A stretch of DNA of 64,000 nucleotides, from IMG/VR virus record IMGVR_UViG_3300026538_000054, positions 1-64,000 of that record; one strand, 5' to 3'. Numbering within the stretch: the first letter of the stretch is position 1; every line of letters starts with the position of its first letter. Positions 48,413-58,238 of this stretch are shown one piece after another. Both the position numbers and the translations under genes were made by a program. Source of the stretch: a virus. The notes beneath the pieces are model-generated. The model saw nothing but the letters and a program-made list of their open reading frames with translations. It did not search any database and was not told the DNA's origin.

Positions 48413-50329
48413 ATGGGCGGTCTTCGTGCGGTAACCAGGGCGGGGGTCGTGGCGGTCTTCTGTCTGGTGGTGGGGGGAGTAGGCGTTTTCAACCTGTTGT
48501 CCTGGTCTGCACCGGCGGCCACAGAGATCGTGCTGCCTGGTCAAGCGGCGGCTGTTGCGCGGAAAGGGCTACCGGTCCAGCTGACCGGCGCGCTGCTTCG
48601 CGAAGGTATGAGGCTCATCCCGTGGGCGTCGTTGTTGGAAGTTAACGCCCGCGCGAACTTCACAGTTCGGCTTCAGTCGCTAGGAGTGACCGGCCAGTTT
48701 GAGGTGTCTACGGGACAGTCGGATGACGAACGAGCGCTAGTCGAGGCCGGCAAACGGTTTAAGAGCGAAACCAACGCCATCCTCAAGCAGCAGCTCCTGG
48801 TCATGATCGACACGCTGAAGGAGCAGAAGGAGCGCAACCGCTTGCTCAGGGAGCAGACGCGAGTTGCCCAGCATCTTCTTGACCTCCAGATACGCGCCTT
48901 CGATTACCAGAAGTGGGTTCAGGAAGAAGCCATTTTGCGCAAGAAGGAGTACAGCGTCCCAGTTGACAAGTTAGTGGTCGTCGTGGCGGACTTTTCCAGC
49001 GGCAATCAGGACGAGGGGCGCGAGGTCGCCGACGAGATCGCCCACCACTTGACTGAGCTGTCCCGAAACGGCCTGGACATCCATGTTCTCAATGGCGAGA
49101 TACGGCCGGGCGTCGCGGTGCGAAGCGAGGAGATGGCCCGTGATATTGGCCGGCACTTCCCTGGGACCGACTTCGTCGTGGTCTGGGGCTCGATGTCGCC
49201 ACGCACCGTCGGCCGCTACCGCCCGCATCTGACTTGCGTGCAGTACGTCAAGGGCGCCAAGGCCGCCAGCGTCACCACGTCGATAAACCTTGACCCCGGC
49301 GAGCTGCCGGAGAAGGGCAAGGCGGAGGCTTACCAGCGGGCGTGTTACGAGCGGCTGATCGGCGCGACCTGTGCCGCCATCCCGAGTCTCTACGCGGCCT
49401 ACCAGATCAGACGGGACAAGGTGCCGCAACTGAGCGGTATCTTCAAACTGCTCGGTGACGAACAGCCGGAGACCAAGCAACTAAAGGCGAAGCTCTTGCC
49501 ATTGACCCGGTGGGCCAAGGTCAGTTCGGCTCTGAAGGCCACCCGGTTGTGCCGACTCTCTGACATCTCCTCGGATCGGCCGTTCCCGCTCCGTGTGGTC
49601 AACGAGAAGGATGGCAGCCTTATGGCCCTGGTCACGGATGAGAAGGGCGAACCGCGCAAGTTCTACAACGAGGCGTCGAAGAAACAGGAGTACGTGTACG
49701 TCGACGTGCTTGAGACGACGGTGAGTCAGTTCATCAGGTTCCTGAACGCGAGCGGCGGCAACAAGAAGGGAGGCGGTCACGACTGGCTCTATATGAAGTC
49801 GGACGTCCCGCACTGGGACATTGCCGAGGAGAAAGGGACTTTTATCGAGCGGCCAGATGCTAAGCGCAAGGAGGGGATCGTCCGCGGTCGGCTGCCTGTC
49901 ACCAACATGAGCTGGTTCGGGGCGGTTGCTTACTGCGAGTGGGCCGGCAAGTCGCTGCCGCGTAGAGAGGAGTGGCAGGCTGCCGCCGAGCCTCAGGGCG
50001 GCGGAGAGTTTCCGTGGGGCAAGGACGGAGCTAGTTTTGCCAGGCTTTGCAACGCGGGCAACCGTGACTACCACCTCCACGGCGGCTCGCGCCCTCGTGA
50101 CTGCAGTCGTGTGGGCTGCTTCGACATGGCCGGCAACGTGGCCGAGTGGTGCGCGGACTGGTTTGACGAGAAGGCGGGCAAGCGCATGGTCATGGGAGGG
50201 CACTGCGAGGACACCGAGGTCGCCAACGTCAAGATTACGGCGAAAAAAGGCGAGTACCAGACAAACTACGACTGGAAGATCGGCTTCCGCGGGGTCGTGC
50301 GTATCCCGGTCGATCTCGGGCAGGACTGA
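48413..50329 (+). CDS. membrane-anchored FGE-sulfatase (SUMF1)-domain protein
   Basis: ETTVSQF..F, PVTNMSWFGAVAYCEWAGKSLP.EEW, FPWG, DMAGNVAEWC, IGFR. Confidence 0.85.
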   Translation: MGGLRAVTRAGVVAVFCLVVGGVGVFNLLSWSAPAATEIVLPGQAAAVARKGLPVQLTGALLREGMRLIPWASLLEVNARANFTVRLQSLGVTGQFEVSTGQSDDERALVEAGKRFKSETNAILKQQLLVMIDTLKEQKERNRLLREQTRVAQHLLDLQIRAFDYQKWVQEEAILRKKEYSVPVDKLVVVVADFSSGNQDEGREVADEIAHHLTELSRNGLDIHVLNGEIRPGVAVRSEEMARDIGRHFPGTDFVVVWGSMSPRTVGRYRPHLTCVQYVKGAKAASVTTSINLDPGELPEKGKAEAYQRACYERLIGATCAAIPSLYAAYQIRRDKVPQLSGIFKLLGDEQPETKQLKAKLLPLTRWAKVSSALKATRLCRLSDISSDRPFPLRVVNEKDGSLMALVTDEKGEPRKFYNEASKKQEYVYVDVLETTVSQFIRFLNASGGNKKGGGHDWLYMKSDVPHWDIAEEKGTFIERPDAKRKEGIVRGRLPVTNMSWFGAVAYCEWAGKSLPRREEWQAAAEPQGGGEFPWGKDGASFARLCNAGNRDYHLHGGSRPRDCSRVGCFDMAGNVAEWCADWFDEKAGKRMVMGGHCEDTEVANVKITAKKGEYQTNYDWKIGFRGVVRIPVDLGQD

Positions 50330-50345
50330 TACCAGGAGAGGCTAG

Positions 50346-50672
50346 ATGTCTGTTGAGCACCAAGCCAGCCAGGGCGTGACGTCGCAGCCCGCCAGCCCGC
50401 CTGTCGCACCTCCGACCGATAGACAGGCCGGGTCCCAGCCGATTTGGCAGTGCTACACGCCCGGCTCGGTCAGGGCCTTTGGGGACATGCGGTTTATCGC
50501 CGGCCTTCTGATGGGCATGGGTGTAGTCGGCACCGCGGCTGTAGTCGCGAAATTTTTCGGTTACGCTCCCTACCTGCCGCCCTGGCTCGGCCTTGCGGGA
50601 CCGGTTCTCTATTTCGTCGGTTGGTGGCTTAACAGCCGTGCTCGACGTGAATTGCAGTCTCCGCAAGGTTGA
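50346..50672 (+). CDS. small membrane protein
   Basis: two hydrophobic helices. Confidence 0.55.
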   Translation: MSVEHQASQGVTSQPASPPVAPPTDRQAGSQPIWQCYTPGSVRAFGDMRFIAGLLMGMGVVGTAAVVAKFFGYAPYLPPWLGLAGPVLYFVGWWLNSRARRELQSPQG

Positions 50673-50730
50673 CAATTCGGTTGTTATCTGCTCATGATCT
50701 CCCCTGGCCCTTCTCTTACCAGGGGAGATC

Positions 50731-53253
50731 ATGGAGAGCCTCGGTCTCGCGAAATACGCCGCCGACTACTACCGCCGCACCGTACCTGATGCTTTCAGCT
50801 CCGGCCTCGACGACTTCACCGCCGGCTTCGTGCAGTGCTGCTGGGACGAGGACCTCGACGACGAGGAGATGGTAGATCGCATGGTCAAGGCCGCCATGGC
50901 CGACCCGGAGGTCGCTAGCGAGTTCGCGAAAGAGTGTGCCAAGTTCGAGCTGATGGAGAAGCAGGCCGATGGTGTCGGCGCGGCTGTCGCTAAAGGCATT
51001 GGCAGTTGGCTGGCGCCCGCCGGGAGGAGACTGAATGCTCTCAACCCGTTCAGCAGAGGCGCTCGGCCTCCGGTGCCGCACGCTCCCGTGCCGCCAGCGC
51101 CACACGTTCCTGTGCCGCCAGTCGGACAGGCTGCCGGGCAAGCGGCCGGTCATGGCGCGGCCCAGGCGGCGGGCCACGCCGGCGGCGACGCGTTGTCGCA
51201 TCTCCTTTCTGGGCCTGTCGCCTCTGCCGCTCCGCAGCGAACTTACGCGCAGATGTTGAGCGGCAACCCGTTGGCGCGCGGGACGGGCAGGGCGCTTGGC
51301 TATGGGGCCGGCGCGGTTAGCGCTGTGGGCGGTGCCGCTCTAACCGGTCAAATGGTTGCCCCTGGAACCTACCAGCGCTTGACCGAGAGCGACCAGCAGC
51401 GCACCCTCAGAGAAGGCGGCGAGCGCGCGCAGACTCAAGCTCTGCAACAAGACCAACGTCGGCAATTCGGTGAAACGCTGGCGGGCGAGCTGGAGCACGG
51501 CTTCGCAGGCGGCGAGGGCCTGCGCCCTGTCAACCGAGGCATGAACCTCACCGCCCACGGGAACATGCGTTCAGACACGCCATCGGGCTACGCTCTCCTT
51601 GATGCCGGCGACCAGGGCGGCTGGCTGGGCCGCTATCGCCAGAACCTGCCGGAGCAAGACCGGGCGTCCTTTGATCGCACCGCTCCCTATATCGCCGCCA
51701 TCAGGCAGGACCCACGGCTCGTTCAGCTTCTCGCGACCAACCCGACGGGCGCGGCCGGCCAGACTTTCACGCAGGCCCTTGCGCACGGCGCCGTCGAGTC
51801 AGGTAACAGGACCGGCCTCATGGGCGCCAGGCGCAACCCGACGCAGTTTGTCAATCAGCTTCGTGAGCAGTTCCTGCCCGGCGCTCCCGCTCTCGCTTCT
51901 CTCCCCCTGGATCGAGAAGCGATCGGCAAGACCATGGACGCCCCTGTCCCGCAGGGCATAACGGACGCCCAGCTCACGACCTACTTGCAACAACAAGGCT
52001 TCAATCCCGACGCCTTCCGACAGCTCCCTCCTCAGCAGCAGCAACAGCCCGGTCAGACAGGCCAGCCTGACCCTCAACGACAAATCCGTGCCGGTCAGCT
52101 CGTCAACCAGGAGAGCCAGACCTTGCAGACGGCGCTGGGAGGCCCACGCACCCCGGAGGCCATGCGCAACGCCGTCACCACGCTGCAAGACCCGGCTGCG
52201 TTCGAGAGCTATCACCAAGGGCTGGAAAACCTGGAGCAACAAGTTGCCTCCCAGGCGGGCAGGATCTCCCGAGACCGCGCGCTCTACATGACGGATCAAA
52301 TCAGGCACGCGCGCAGCATTGCCGCCATGGCCAGGGCCCAGGGCGTCACGGGACAGCCGATCGTCTCGCTGAACCATTTGCAGGCCAGGCTCAACTCCGC
52401 CGACATGCGGGACCCCGTGGTCCAGACCGCCCTGGACAACATCAAAAAAGACCCCGAGTTCGCGCGCCAGGCCCGCGCCTTCGAGGCGCAATACCCTGAT
52501 GTACACGAGCCGACCGGTAACTTGCTGGAAGACATCTGGGGCCAGGCCGGCAAGGCCTTTGGCGGCTGGGGCAGGACCATGCTCCTGGGCGGCATGGGCC
52601 TGGGCCTCTTCGGCATGCTTTCCGGCCTGACCGGCCAGACCTCCGGGATGGGCATGTGGGGGCCGCTCCTGGGCGGCGTCGGCCTCGCTGGTCTCGCCGC
52701 CACGGGCGGCTCGCAGCAAGGTGCCGGCAACTTGATGGGCGGCCTGGGGAGCCTCTTCGGCATGGGCCAGGCCCCGCAAGGCTTCTCGCCCTTGCAGGCC
52801 CCGCCCGCTCCTGCTCAGCCTGCTCCGGCGCAACCAGCCCCCGCCGCGGGCGCTGCTCCTCCCGCTGCCGCCGGTAACGCGCCTGCGCCTACCCAGCAGG
52901 AGACGGCCGAGCAGAGAACGCAGCGTACGCAACAGACCAGGGCGCGAGTCTCCGAGTTGGTGGGCTCCGGCCGTCCCGCGGATGTTGAGCGTGGCTCGCA
53001 GATGTTCGCCGACATGTTGGTCAGTGACATGCCCGACCGGGCCAGGGAGCTCGTCGATCGGGAGACGCAGTTTAGAATGGCCACCCCGAAGATGATCGCT
53101 GAGCGCTCGGGCGGCGCCCTCACCGAGCAGGAAGCGACCATGCTCCAGCGCAACCTGGTCCCGGTCCTGACCGCCCTTCGGAAGAAGCTCGGCATGCCGA
53201 GCAAGTTCGTCCCTAACCGCTTCATGCCCGGCGGCACGTGGTCGCAGGAGTAG
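50731..53253 (+). CDS. large Gly/Gln/Ala-rich putative virion (ejection-type) protein
   Basis: 840 aa; EKQA after acidic N-terminus; glycine-zipper hydrophobic segments. Confidence 0.55.
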   Translation: MESLGLAKYAADYYRRTVPDAFSSGLDDFTAGFVQCCWDEDLDDEEMVDRMVKAAMADPEVASEFAKECAKFELMEKQADGVGAAVAKGIGSWLAPAGRRLNALNPFSRGARPPVPHAPVPPAPHVPVPPVGQAAGQAAGHGAAQAAGHAGGDALSHLLSGPVASAAPQRTYAQMLSGNPLARGTGRALGYGAGAVSAVGGAALTGQMVAPGTYQRLTESDQQRTLREGGERAQTQALQQDQRRQFGETLAGELEHGFAGGEGLRPVNRGMNLTAHGNMRSDTPSGYALLDAGDQGGWLGRYRQNLPEQDRASFDRTAPYIAAIRQDPRLVQLLATNPTGAAGQTFTQALAHGAVESGNRTGLMGARRNPTQFVNQLREQFLPGAPALASLPLDREAIGKTMDAPVPQGITDAQLTTYLQQQGFNPDAFRQLPPQQQQQPGQTGQPDPQRQIRAGQLVNQESQTLQTALGGPRTPEAMRNAVTTLQDPAAFESYHQGLENLEQQVASQAGRISRDRALYMTDQIRHARSIAAMARAQGVTGQPIVSLNHLQARLNSADMRDPVVQTALDNIKKDPEFARQARAFEAQYPDVHEPTGNLLEDIWGQAGKAFGGWGRTMLLGGMGLGLFGMLSGLTGQTSGMGMWGPLLGGVGLAGLAATGGSQQGAGNLMGGLGSLFGMGQAPQGFSPLQAPPAPAQPAPAQPAPAAGAAPPAAAGNAPAPTQQETAEQRTQRTQQTRARVSELVGSGRPADVERGSQMFADMLVSDMPDRARELVDRETQFRMATPKMIAERSGGALTEQEATMLQRNLVPVLTALRKKLGMPSKFVPNRFMPGGTWSQE

Positions 53254-53545
53254 TAAGCACGTCCCACAGCTCCAAGCAGACGTCTTCGCTGAGCTCTAGC
53301 GCCACCTACCTGGCGGTACTAGAGCTCTTGTCGTTCAGTGCCTTCTTCTCCTTTTTGCCAGCCGCTACACTAAGCATTTCCGATCTGATTTTTCGTCGTA
53401 AGCCAGTCGCTGATAAGGACTTTCGTCCGCGATACCAGTCTTTTGACCCGACGGATTTGTTGCCTGTCAGCCAGGCGCTGCGTAGCATAGTCATGCTTAG
53501 CCTAAGCACAGCCTGTCAGCCTACTTGGCGACTTAAAAGAGGAGA

Positions 53546-54601
53546 TTGTTGGTGGAAAAAGTCATCGCTAAAGACGCTCCCTCACTGAGTGACGGAGCCA
53601 GGGGAGGCAAGAAGCGCGCGGAGGTCTTGACGGCCGAGCAGCGCAAGGCGATTGCCAGGCAGGCCGCGGAAGCTCGCTGGTGCAGCAAACTGCCTGTCGC
53701 CACCCACACGGGGACCATCAAGCTGGCGGACAGGGAGATTGCCTGTGCGGTCCTGGAGACGGGCCAGCGTGTCTTAACGCAGGAATCTTTCCTGGCGCTT
53801 ATCGGCCGATCGATCAAGCAGCGGGGCGGGCAGACCGTGGTTTTGTCCGAGGGCCTACCTCCCTTCCTGGCGGCAGACAACCTCTACGCGTTCATCTCGG
53901 ACGACTTACGGCGCGCCGCCACGCCCATCCATTTTTGCGCGCCGGCGACTGATGAGGGTCGCGGGCACCATCCTCGTCGCGCCTACGGTTACGATGCCAA
54001 CCTGTTGCCGATGGTCTGCGAGGTCTACCTGTCCGCCCGAGATGCCGGGAAGGCAACGCTGCAGCAATCGCACATTGTCGCCGCCTGTGATCTGCTCATG
54101 CGCGGCCTGGCCCGTGTCGGCATCACTGCGCTGGTAGACGAGGCCACGGGGTTCCAGGACTGCCGCGCCCGCGACGCGCTGGCCAAGATCCTGGAGGCGT
54201 TCGTTGCCAAGGCCTTGCGGCCCTGGGTCAAGACCTTCCCGCCCGAGTTCTACAAGGAAATGTTCCGGCTTCGTGGGCTGCCCTTCGCTGAGACGGTTCA
54301 GGGGCCGCGGTACATCGGACACCTGACCAACAACCTGGTCTACAAGCGCCTTGCGCCGGGCCTGCGCGAGGAGCTGGTCAGTAGGAACCCGGTCGGTGAC
54401 GACGGTCGTCGGAAGGCCAAGCACCACCAGTGGCTGACGCGGGACATCGGTCACCCCAAGCTCCTGGAGCACTTGCGAATCGTCACGTTGTTCATGCAGG
54501 CCTCCAAGGACTGGACCTCGTTTCAGCAGCAACTCGACATCGTCTTGCCGATCCTCTCCGCCGACGAGGAGCCGAAACCGAGCAAAAAGAAGAAGGCCTG
54601 A
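53546..54601 (+). CDS. P63C domain protein (second paralog)
   Basis: ITALVDEATGFQ, KTFPPEFY, KHHQW. Confidence 0.85.
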   Translation: MLVEKVIAKDAPSLSDGARGGKKRAEVLTAEQRKAIARQAAEARWCSKLPVATHTGTIKLADREIACAVLETGQRVLTQESFLALIGRSIKQRGGQTVVLSEGLPPFLAADNLYAFISDDLRRAATPIHFCAPATDEGRGHHPRRAYGYDANLLPMVCEVYLSARDAGKATLQQSHIVAACDLLMRGLARVGITALVDEATGFQDCRARDALAKILEAFVAKALRPWVKTFPPEFYKEMFRLRGLPFAETVQGPRYIGHLTNNLVYKRLAPGLREELVSRNPVGDDGRRKAKHHQWLTRDIGHPKLLEHLRIVTLFMQASKDWTSFQQQLDIVLPILSADEEPKPSKKKKA

Positions 54602-54657
54602 GAGTCACGTCCCACAGCGTCGACTAACCTGTCGCTGTGCGAGGTAAGATGGCAGCG

Positions 54658-54767
54658 GTTCCAAAGCCCTGTGTAGCGGGCTAAAAGCTGCAACCGGTAG
54701 ACGGGGTGGCGCGAGAGCCACGGCTCGGCCGTGCCAAAGCCCTCTGCAGCGGGCTGAAAGCTACAAA
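54658..54767 (+). CRISPR. mini-array: 2 diverged repeats plus a 36-bp spacer
   Basis: repeats 54658-54694 and 54731-54767. Confidence 0.85.
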
Positions 54768-54806
54768 AAATCTGCAACATGCCGCGGATACCGCCAAGAG
54801 GCTCCA

Positions 54807-56297
54807 ATGCCATCTATCAGACACCAGGGGCCTCTTCTCCTTGGCGCCTCCCGCGCCTTTCACAAGATCGCCGCTCCTCTCTCTGACGACAACCTGGTGC
54901 AAACGGCCAGAGATCACGGCGGCGAGTACCTGGGCGAGATGGCACGGCGCCTGGTCGCCCAGGGCATGCGCGACCAGGTGCAACAGGCCCTTGATCAGTC
55001 CGTGTTCGCATCGGGCATCAACTCGACGAGGGAGAAGCGCCTGCGCCTTAACCAGCTCCTGGTACGGGCCTACCACAGCCCGACGTCCAGGATGCTGGCC
55101 GGCCTGGGCCCTTCTCTTTCAGGCGCCCCTGCCAAGAGAGAGGCCACCGCTCCGGCCGCCTCGCAAGGCGCCGCCATCACCGCGGGAGGGCAAGCTCCTG
55201 CGCCCGCTCCTTTGGTCACAGGCCCCCTCTCTCAGCCGCAAACACAGCAGCCGCTCAAGGACCACTCGCCCGAGCGCATCTACTCCGAGGGCGTGCCGGA
55301 AAGACAACCAACCACGCAGCGGGAGCTCATGCAGGACCGGCAAGCTCTTCAGCCTTCGAGGGAGGTCCGCGAACAGACGCCCGGCAGTGCGGCCGACCTT
55401 TATCACGACTACGCCAACTGGGCCGAAGAGAACCTCGGCAAGTCCATGGGCCTGGAGACCGCCTGGGGCCTCGTCCCCTTACTGGGCGGCGCGCCTGACG
55501 TCGCGAAGGGCATGGCGGCCATGGATGAGGGCCGTCGCTGGGACGCGATGCGCCACTACGGCATGGGCCTTCTCGGCACCATCCCTGGCGCGAAGTTGTT
55601 GACCCGAGGAGGCATGGGACTAACCGCCGGCATGCGCGCCGCTCAGGTGGCTGGTCGAGTTGCTCAAACGGCCAGTCACGTAGCGCCTGTGGTCACGGCT
55701 GGCGCGCGTGGTCTGCAAGCCGTCGAGCATGCCGCCCCTGCCGTGGCCTCGGCCGCCGCTCCGTCGCTAACTCGCAGGGTCGCCACGACCACGGGCCGTG
55801 TGGTTGGTCAGACCGCCGGTCAGATTGCTGCCGGCGGCGCCATCGGCGCCGGCGCCGCGTTGGGAGAGTCCATCGAGAACGCAGGCACTCTAAGGCAGTC
55901 GCTTGCCACGGCGGACCAAGCAGAGCGGTCACGTGCTCAGGCCTTCCTCGACCAGGTCAACAAGAGGCGTGCTTATCTCAACTCCCTGGTGCCAGGGGTC
56001 AACATCGGGGCCCAGGCCCCCGCCACCCTGGAGGCCGTCTCTCAGCCCGGTGCGCTTTCGCGTTTTTCCACCGAGGCCGATCTCCACGAACTGGCCGCCC
56101 ATCCTGCCTGGCAAGAGACTGTCAGGCGACACACCCCCGGCTGGGGCGGCGCTGCCAGCAGAGAAAGTCTTCTGGGGCACGTGTCCCAGAACCTTGGCTT
56201 CGATCTCTCCAGGCCTGTTGCGCCACAGGCCGCTCCCGCTGCGCCGGCGGCCCCTGCGCCAGCTCCTGCCCCGACGCCCACGCCGCCTGCGCCTTGA
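54807..56297 (+). CDS. Ala/Gly/Pro-rich putative virion protein
   Basis: HKIA motif, glycine-zipper segments. Confidence 0.55.
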   Translation: MPSIRHQGPLLLGASRAFHKIAAPLSDDNLVQTARDHGGEYLGEMARRLVAQGMRDQVQQALDQSVFASGINSTREKRLRLNQLLVRAYHSPTSRMLAGLGPSLSGAPAKREATAPAASQGAAITAGGQAPAPAPLVTGPLSQPQTQQPLKDHSPERIYSEGVPERQPTTQRELMQDRQALQPSREVREQTPGSAADLYHDYANWAEENLGKSMGLETAWGLVPLLGGAPDVAKGMAAMDEGRRWDAMRHYGMGLLGTIPGAKLLTRGGMGLTAGMRAAQVAGRVAQTASHVAPVVTAGARGLQAVEHAAPAVASAAAPSLTRRVATTTGRVVGQTAGQIAAGGAIGAGAALGESIENAGTLRQSLATADQAERSRAQAFLDQVNKRRAYLNSLVPGVNIGAQAPATLEAVSQPGALSRFSTEADLHELAAHPAWQETVRRHTPGWGGAASRESLLGHVSQNLGFDLSRPVAPQAAPAAPAAPAPAPAPTPTPPAP

Positions 56298-56394
56298 GCG
56301 CGATTCGTTTACATCAGGTTCGCTCAGATACAATCAAGGGCCGACACGGCCTGGCGGCCGCGCTGTCTTTTTTGGCCGCAAGGCGAGTTGAAAT

Positions 56395-56817
56395 ATGAGC
56401 ATGTTGGTGGAAAGACCGGAGAAACTGATCCAGGTCCTCGAGCAAAGTCGCGACATCCTGCGGGAGATCCGAGACGGCATAGGCGGTGCTCCGCAGGAGC
56501 GCCCGGCTGATAACGGGCCTGACTTGTGGCTCTCGATCGAGCAGGCGGCGAAGCACGCTGCTCTCTCGCCTACCACGCTGCGTCGGGCCATCAAGCAAGG
56601 CCTTCTCGACGCCAAGAACGTCTCTTTGGGCAAGAAGCGCCCGACCTATCGGGTCACCATGCGACAGCTCAACAACTTCATCGAGAACGGAGGCGCCCCG
56701 GCGGACGAGCGCGTGCTCGAGTACCGGAGCCGCCACCTCCCTGAGCTGGCCCATGAGAACGGCGACGTGCTCGACGCCGACGTGGATGTCGAGACGAACT
56801 CAGGTGACCCGTCGTGA
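56395..56817 (+). CDS. excisionase-like HTH protein
   Basis: WLSIEQAAKHAALSPTTLRRAIKQGLL..YRV; convergent with integrase. Confidence 0.7.
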   Translation: MSMLVERPEKLIQVLEQSRDILREIRDGIGGAPQERPADNGPDLWLSIEQAAKHAALSPTTLRRAIKQGLLDAKNVSLGKKRPTYRVTMRQLNNFIENGGAPADERVLEYRSRHLPELAHENGDVLDADVDVETNSGDPS

Positions 56818-56820
56818 TCG

Positions 56821-56930
56821 GTTGCGGCATCCAGCCCGCCGCACAGGGCTTTGACACACGGTGAGACTGGGCGTAGCGTCATCGGTTCACGATGTTGCAG
56901 CTTTCAGCCCGCTGCAGAGGGCTTTGGAAC
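56821..56930 (-). CRISPR. mini-array: 2 diverged repeats plus a 36-bp spacer
   Basis: repeats 56894-56930 and 56821-56857 on minus strand. Confidence 0.85.
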
Positions 56931-57068
56931 AACGGCTAGATTATCAACAGGGAAGTTCTTTTCCGGAAAACGTGTTGTAGGCCCCGAAAATTCCTCTCCT
57001 GGGCGCGTATAAGAATAGTAGGGAGGGGCGGCCGGGTAAGGCCGGGACGGACCTGCCGGCCGCTCTTC

Positions 57069-57105
57069 CCATCTAAGCCCTGTGCAGCGGGCTCAATGCT
57101 GCAAA
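57069..57105 (+). repeat. solo diverged CRISPR repeat at integrase 3' end
   Basis: AAGCCCTGTGCAGCGGGCTCAATGCTGCAAA. Confidence 0.85.
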
Positions 57106-57118
57106 GCGTTGTCGAATA

Positions 57119-58189
57119 TCAGCGACCCATCCTCTCTTTCTCGTCGGCCTTTTTCAGCGCTTCCGCAGCCAGGTCGCCCGCCCGCGAGACGTCCTCGGCG
57201 CTCAGGTGCAAGTAGTGCTTGGCCATGGTCAGGCTGGTCCAGCCGCCCAGAAGCTGCAACTGCGGCCCGGTGGCCCCGCCTCTGGCCGCCTGGGTCAGGA
57301 TCGTGTGTCTGCTGGAGTAGGCCACGAGTTGTTCGCCGTCTTTTTCTTCCACGCTCGCTCTTTCTCTCAGCCGCCGAAACCAGACGCAGAAGTAGTCCTT
57401 GGTCCAGCGACCGCCCTCGGAGTTGGGAAAGAGCGGCAGGCTCTCCACTCCCGGTCGCTTCTTCTCCAGCCAGACGATCATCTTCATGAGCGGCGCGGGC
57501 AGGCTGATCACCCTGGGCGCCTTGGCCTTGGTCGTCCTGGCCGTCTTGTGCTGCCTGAGGATCAGGAGCCGCTTCTCTTTATCCAGCATCGAGCGCTGCG
57601 CCGTTCTCATCTCCCCCGGCCGCATGCTGGTGAGCCGCAGCGCGTAAAGGGCGATCTTCTGCTCGGGCGCCTTGCAGGCCGCGAGTAGCCTGCGAAACTC
57701 CTCGTTGGTCATGAGCCTGGACCTCGGCTCGGCGGACAGCCTCTTGACGCCGGCGGCCGGGCCGTCGTCGGCGAGCAGCTCGGCCTCTTTCCAGCCCCAG
57801 CGCCAGAGCCTTCGCAGCGCCCTGATCACGTTGTTGACCGTGGCCGGCTTGTACTTCTCGGCCATGTCGTTTCGCAGCTTGAGCACGTCCGCCTTCTTGA
57901 CCCTCCCCACGCGCCAGCCCTTCCAGGCCCTGAGGGCGTAGCGGAACTGCTCCTTGTAGAACTCGTAGGTCCTTTCCGCCTTCGTGGCCTTGACGTCGTC
58001 GAGGAAGAGATCAACGAGCTTGGTCAGGGGCATGTTGGCCCCTTCTCGTCCTCCCTGCGCCTGTCGGCCCTGGAGCTTCGCCAGGGCCTTGGCCGCCTCC
58101 GCCTCGGTGTCCGCCAGGAAGGTCCTCTCCTTGCCGGCGTCGGTGTACCAGCCGTCTCTCCAGAAGAAAGGCTTCGCTCTTCGGGGCAC
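57119..58189 (-). CDS. int: tyrosine integrase
   Basis: MRPGE, HKT, YSSRHT, LLGGW, KHYLH; likely GTG start at 58189 with GAGGTGG RBS. Confidence 0.9.
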   Translation of the reverse strand: MPRRAKPFFWRDGWYTDAGKERTFLADTEAEAAKALAKLQGRQAQGGREGANMPLTKLVDLFLDDVKATKAERTYEFYKEQFRYALRAWKGWRVGRVKKADVLKLRNDMAEKYKPATVNNVIRALRRLWRWGWKEAELLADDGPAAGVKRLSAEPRSRLMTNEEFRRLLAACKAPEQKIALYALRLTSMRPGEMRTAQRSMLDKEKRLLILRQHKTARTTKAKAPRVISLPAPLMKMIVWLEKKRPGVESLPLFPNSEGGRWTKDYFCVWFRRLRERASVEEKDGEQLVAYSSRHTILTQAARGGATGPQLQLLGGWTSLTMAKHYLHLSAEDVSRAGDLAAEALKKADEKERMGR

Positions 58190-58238
58190 GCGCCACCTCT
58201 TTTCCGGCCCTAACCTGTCCGATCTCGTCTGATCAACT

